Under the pieces are notes generated by a model that was given only the letters and a program-made list of their open reading frames with translations, was not told the origin of the DNA and searched no databases. Shown in pieces: positions 30,865-33,303 of a DNA stretch of 33,303 nucleotides. The translations under genes and the position numbers were made by a program. Source of the stretch: a virus; the IMG/VR virus record IMGVR_UViG_3300029849_000019, positions 1-33,303 of that record; one strand, given 5' to 3'. Within the stretch, counting starts at the first letter, position 1, and every line of letters begins with the position of its first letter.

Positions 30865-32883
30865 TTAATCTTTTTTGTAATATTCAGTAATATATCCTGC
30901 TGCTCTTAACGGTATGCCTTTCGCCCAACTCGGGGCCTTGCACATGGCATCACTCATTATTTGCAGCGTCTTTTCTTCGTTTCCGTCCTTCGGTATCTCG
31001 GCGGCTATCTCATCGTGCACATGCAACACGATATTAAAGCCTAAATCAAAAACCTTGAAAATCGCATTTGCCAGTAAGTCTCGGGCTATCGCTTGCACAA
31101 CGTTCTCGGTTAGCTTGCCTCCGTAGGTGTTTAGCTTAACCCATTTCCCAGAGGTTTGGTCTTGACCCATGTAAGAGATATCCTCAACCTCAAACGAACC
31201 GTTAACGCCCTCGATTGTGCGTTTCCCCATTCTTGCCGATGGGTAGAACAACTTCCTACCGCTCGGTATCTCAATAGTCATTGCGCCGCTCTCGTATCGG
31301 AATATAATACTTGAAACATCGTCTATTCTGTAGACCTGCTCGCGTCTCGTTCCGATACATCTTTTTGCACTATCCTCTAACGAACGCCACAAAGATACTA
31401 TTCTTTTATTAGCTTCTCTCCATTTTGACAATATTTGAGGTTTTTCTTCGTCTTTTAACGCTTTTTTAGTGTCCATTGTAGTAAGAGCGTTTACTCCGCC
31501 CCCATACCCCAATGCAAGCTCTGCAACCTTTCCGCGCTGCCTTAAGTCGTCGCCTTTGTGTACCGGGACACCGAACATTTTAGATGCCGAGGCGCAATAT
31601 ATATCAGCCTTCGGGTCGTTAAATAAGTCTAAACGCCATTGCTCATTAGCAACCCATGCAATTACCCGGGCTTCAATCGCCGAGAAGTCAGCCACAGCGA
31701 ACGTGTACCCCTCGGGGGCGATAAACGCGGTGCGTATAAGCTGCGAAAGTATATGTGTAGGCTTGTCATATATAACTTCCATCATATCCAGGTCGTGCAT
31801 CTTTGCCAAGTCTCTCGCCCCGTCCAGGTCTTCGATGTGGTTCTGTGGTAAGTTCTGTAGTTGAACCAGGCGCCCAGCCCATCGCCCGGTACGGTTCGCA
31901 CCGTAGTAACGGAACAAGCCCCTAATACGGTTGCCTCTCCCGGCGCTCGCCAGTATGGCGGTGTATTTGGCATTCGACGTTTTGCCTATCTCCCTACGTA
32001 GGTCAATAACGTCTAACACTGCTTGCTTATCCTCGTCAGTAACATTTTTAAGGCTCGTTATGGTCTTTATCACCCCCTCAATGTTATTCTTATTGAGTGA
32101 ATTGATAGCCAAGCCTGTACGCTCTTTAATGAAGCCCTTAAGCTGGGGCATGGACTTTAGAGAACTCAACCCGAATTCCTTTTCGGCTTTCTCGGTAATA
32201 CGCGCTTTATATTCTTCGTCCATATCCTGCGCGGCGTGTGCCAGCTCAAGGTCTGCCAATATACCGTAATCGTTTATACGCTGGTCTGCTGCGTAAATTC
32301 GTTGCTCTTCTTCCGGGAATTCAAACCGGGATAGCTTACCGAATATCTCCTTTTCCGATAGCACATCATAACGTAGGTAATCTATGAATTCTTTCCAGTC
32401 CTCGGGGGCGTGTTCCGGTAGGTTACGTGTGCGGCCTCCGTTTGTTTTAGTAGGCTTGCACGGAATAGAAAAGTAACGGATAAGGTTTTTGCCCGTGCCC
32501 TTCTTCTTGTCGTCAAGGTTTAGAATATTAGATACCTCTTCCAATGATGCGGGCATACCGCAATATAACGACATGTTAGCCGTACAGAAAAAACGCATAG
32601 GGCTTATGTCGAACCCGTACTCGCGCAAACATATACGCTCAAACGTAGCGTTGTGTGCTACTATTACAATGTCCTCGTTGTTCTTTACATACTCGAACAA
32701 ATCGTAAAACTCGGTCAGCCCCCCGGGCTTCGTTAAGTCGATAATTGTAACGTCCGTATCGGTGTCCCACATGTAACCGCAAAGGAGTATCTCGAAATTC
32801 TCGTCCTCACAGTATTTATAGTTACCGGCGCTTTTAATGTCCGCTTCGGAATACGTTTCAAAGTCAATAAACAGATGTCTCAT
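30865..32883 (-). CDS. Family A DNA polymerase with a 3'-5' exonuclease domain
   Basis: Exo I FIDFETYS. Pol motif A VADFSAIEARV, motif B RQRGKVAELALGYGGG and motif C LHVHDEI. Confidence 0.9.
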   Translation of the reverse strand: MRHLFIDFETYSEADIKSAGNYKYCEDENFEILLCGYMWDTDTDVTIIDLTKPGGLTEFYDLFEYVKNNEDIVIVAHNATFERICLREYGFDISPMRFFCTANMSLYCGMPASLEEVSNILNLDDKKKGTGKNLIRYFSIPCKPTKTNGGRTRNLPEHAPEDWKEFIDYLRYDVLSEKEIFGKLSRFEFPEEEQRIYAADQRINDYGILADLELAHAAQDMDEEYKARITEKAEKEFGLSSLKSMPQLKGFIKERTGLAINSLNKNNIEGVIKTITSLKNVTDEDKQAVLDVIDLRREIGKTSNAKYTAILASAGRGNRIRGLFRYYGANRTGRWAGRLVQLQNLPQNHIEDLDGARDLAKMHDLDMMEVIYDKPTHILSQLIRTAFIAPEGYTFAVADFSAIEARVIAWVANEQWRLDLFNDPKADIYCASASKMFGVPVHKGDDLRQRGKVAELALGYGGGVNALTTMDTKKALKDEEKPQILSKWREANKRIVSLWRSLEDSAKRCIGTRREQVYRIDDVSSIIFRYESGAMTIEIPSGRKLFYPSARMGKRTIEGVNGSFEVEDISYMGQDQTSGKWVKLNTYGGKLTENVVQAIARDLLANAIFKVFDLGFNIVLHVHDEIAAEIPKDGNEEKTLQIMSDAMCKAPSWAKGIPLRAAGYITEYYKKD

Positions 32884-32919
32884 AACTCATTGTTTTAATT
32901 GTTAATACTATTATAACGG

Positions 32920-32950
32920 CAAAGGTACGACAATGTTTTTAATAAACAAG
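32920..32950 (-). promoter_or_regulatory. Promoter of the polymerase gene
   Basis: Minus strand reads CTTG-N19-TACCTTTG, 36 nt upstream of ATG 32883 and just after the terminator hairpin. Confidence 0.5.
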
Positions 32951-32994
32951 AAGAAAGGCTACTAATTGCATTTATTTAACAATTAGTAGCCTTT
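32941..32994 (-). terminator. Rho-independent terminator after the metallophosphoesterase gene
   Basis: Perfect 15-bp stem AAAGGCTACTAATTG/CAATTAGTAGCCTTT with an 11-nt loop. It begins 6 nt after the stop at 33000 and is followed by T-rich sequence. Confidence 0.75.
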
Positions 32995-32999
32995 TTAAC

Positions 33000-33303
33000 T
33001 TAATCGGCAAAAATAGGTGAGTAGAAAATAAAACCTCGCTTCTCGTTAAGAATGACGTATGTTTGCTGTGGTTCCTCGTATGCCAACCCGTGACCCATTG
33101 CGAACGCGTCGAAACCTTTTAGAGAACCGTTAACACAAACCTCTTTAGTATATACCATTTGGTGATAATGTCCCAAAAAGGCTTTATCAATTTGTATTGT
33201 TTGGTTCATTTTGGCGTACCATCTCATCATAGACGGGTAAATACCTCCGATGCCGCCAGCCGTGCGGAATTGATGCCCGTGCGCAAATAGCACTTTCTTT
33301 CCG
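33000..33303 (-). CDS. Calcineurin-like metallophosphoesterase, 3' part (33205-33303 duplicates 1-99)
   Basis: Same frame as 1..896 through the overlap. It contains the HGH motif. The M shown at 33293 in the track is an internal GTG. Confidence 0.75.
   Translation of the reverse strand, partial: GKKVLFAHGHQFRTAGGIGGIYPSMMRWYAKMNQTIQIDKAFLGHYHQMVYTKEVCVNGSLKGFDAFAMGHGLAYEEPQQTYVILNEKRGFIFYSPIFAD

Noticed and set aside
1-33303. Stop-codon reassignment, as seen in some gut phages
   Set aside because: All large genes (polymerase, primase, SNF2, terL, the 835-aa protein) are intact under the standard code. The two interrupted genes are frame changes at simple repeats, not in-frame stops.
1-33303. 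Prophage or temperate lifestyle
   Set aside because: I could not recognise an integrase, excisionase, CI/Cro-like repressor or attachment site. The sequence closes on itself with no host flanks. Lifestyle cannot be proven from sequence alone.

Overview
The window is a complete, circularly closed genome of a tailed dsDNA phage. Bases 1-99 are identical to 33205-33303, so the unique length is 33,204 bp. Three things point to a Bacteroidota host: TAnnTTTG -7 promoter boxes, A-rich leaders with no Shine-Dalgarno sequence, and a BT4734/VirE-type primase. All of the roughly 47 credible genes lie on the minus strand, in two blocks of about 16 kb. The replication/accessory block runs 4687->1, wraps, then 33204->21991. 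It encodes a DUF2800 nuclease, a DUF2815 SSB, a metallophosphoesterase split by the window ends, a family A DNA polymerase, a VirE-type primase-helicase, a VRR-NUC nuclease, a decayed Dam-like methyltransferase, an SNF2 helicase and many small ORFs. The morphogenesis/lysis block runs 21245->5170. It encodes TerS, TerL, tail-like proteins, an 835-aa tape-measure-like protein, a protease/scaffold, the major capsid protein, three tandem paralogs, a putative portal, a holin, a GH108 endolysin and a membrane coiled-coil protein. I recognised no integrase, repressor, tRNA, CRISPR array or reverse transcriptase. The most interesting signals are non-coding. (1) Two diverged direct copies of a ~210-220-bp element, packed with TGCACAG heptamers around an AT-rich palindrome, sit at both module junctions and are almost antipodal on the circle. 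(2) Three perfect 35-bp iterons plus GC-rich hairpins lie just upstream of terS. (3) Six copies of an extended early promoter share a fixed architecture, and its upstream box recurs downstream of the putative late promoter. (4) Two early genes have a canonical promoter, leader and ATG that are out of frame with the long ORF, and in each case a slippery simple repeat (A9 or (AG)5) could restore the frame. Every functional call rests on motif and family recognition by eye; no database search or computation was possible.
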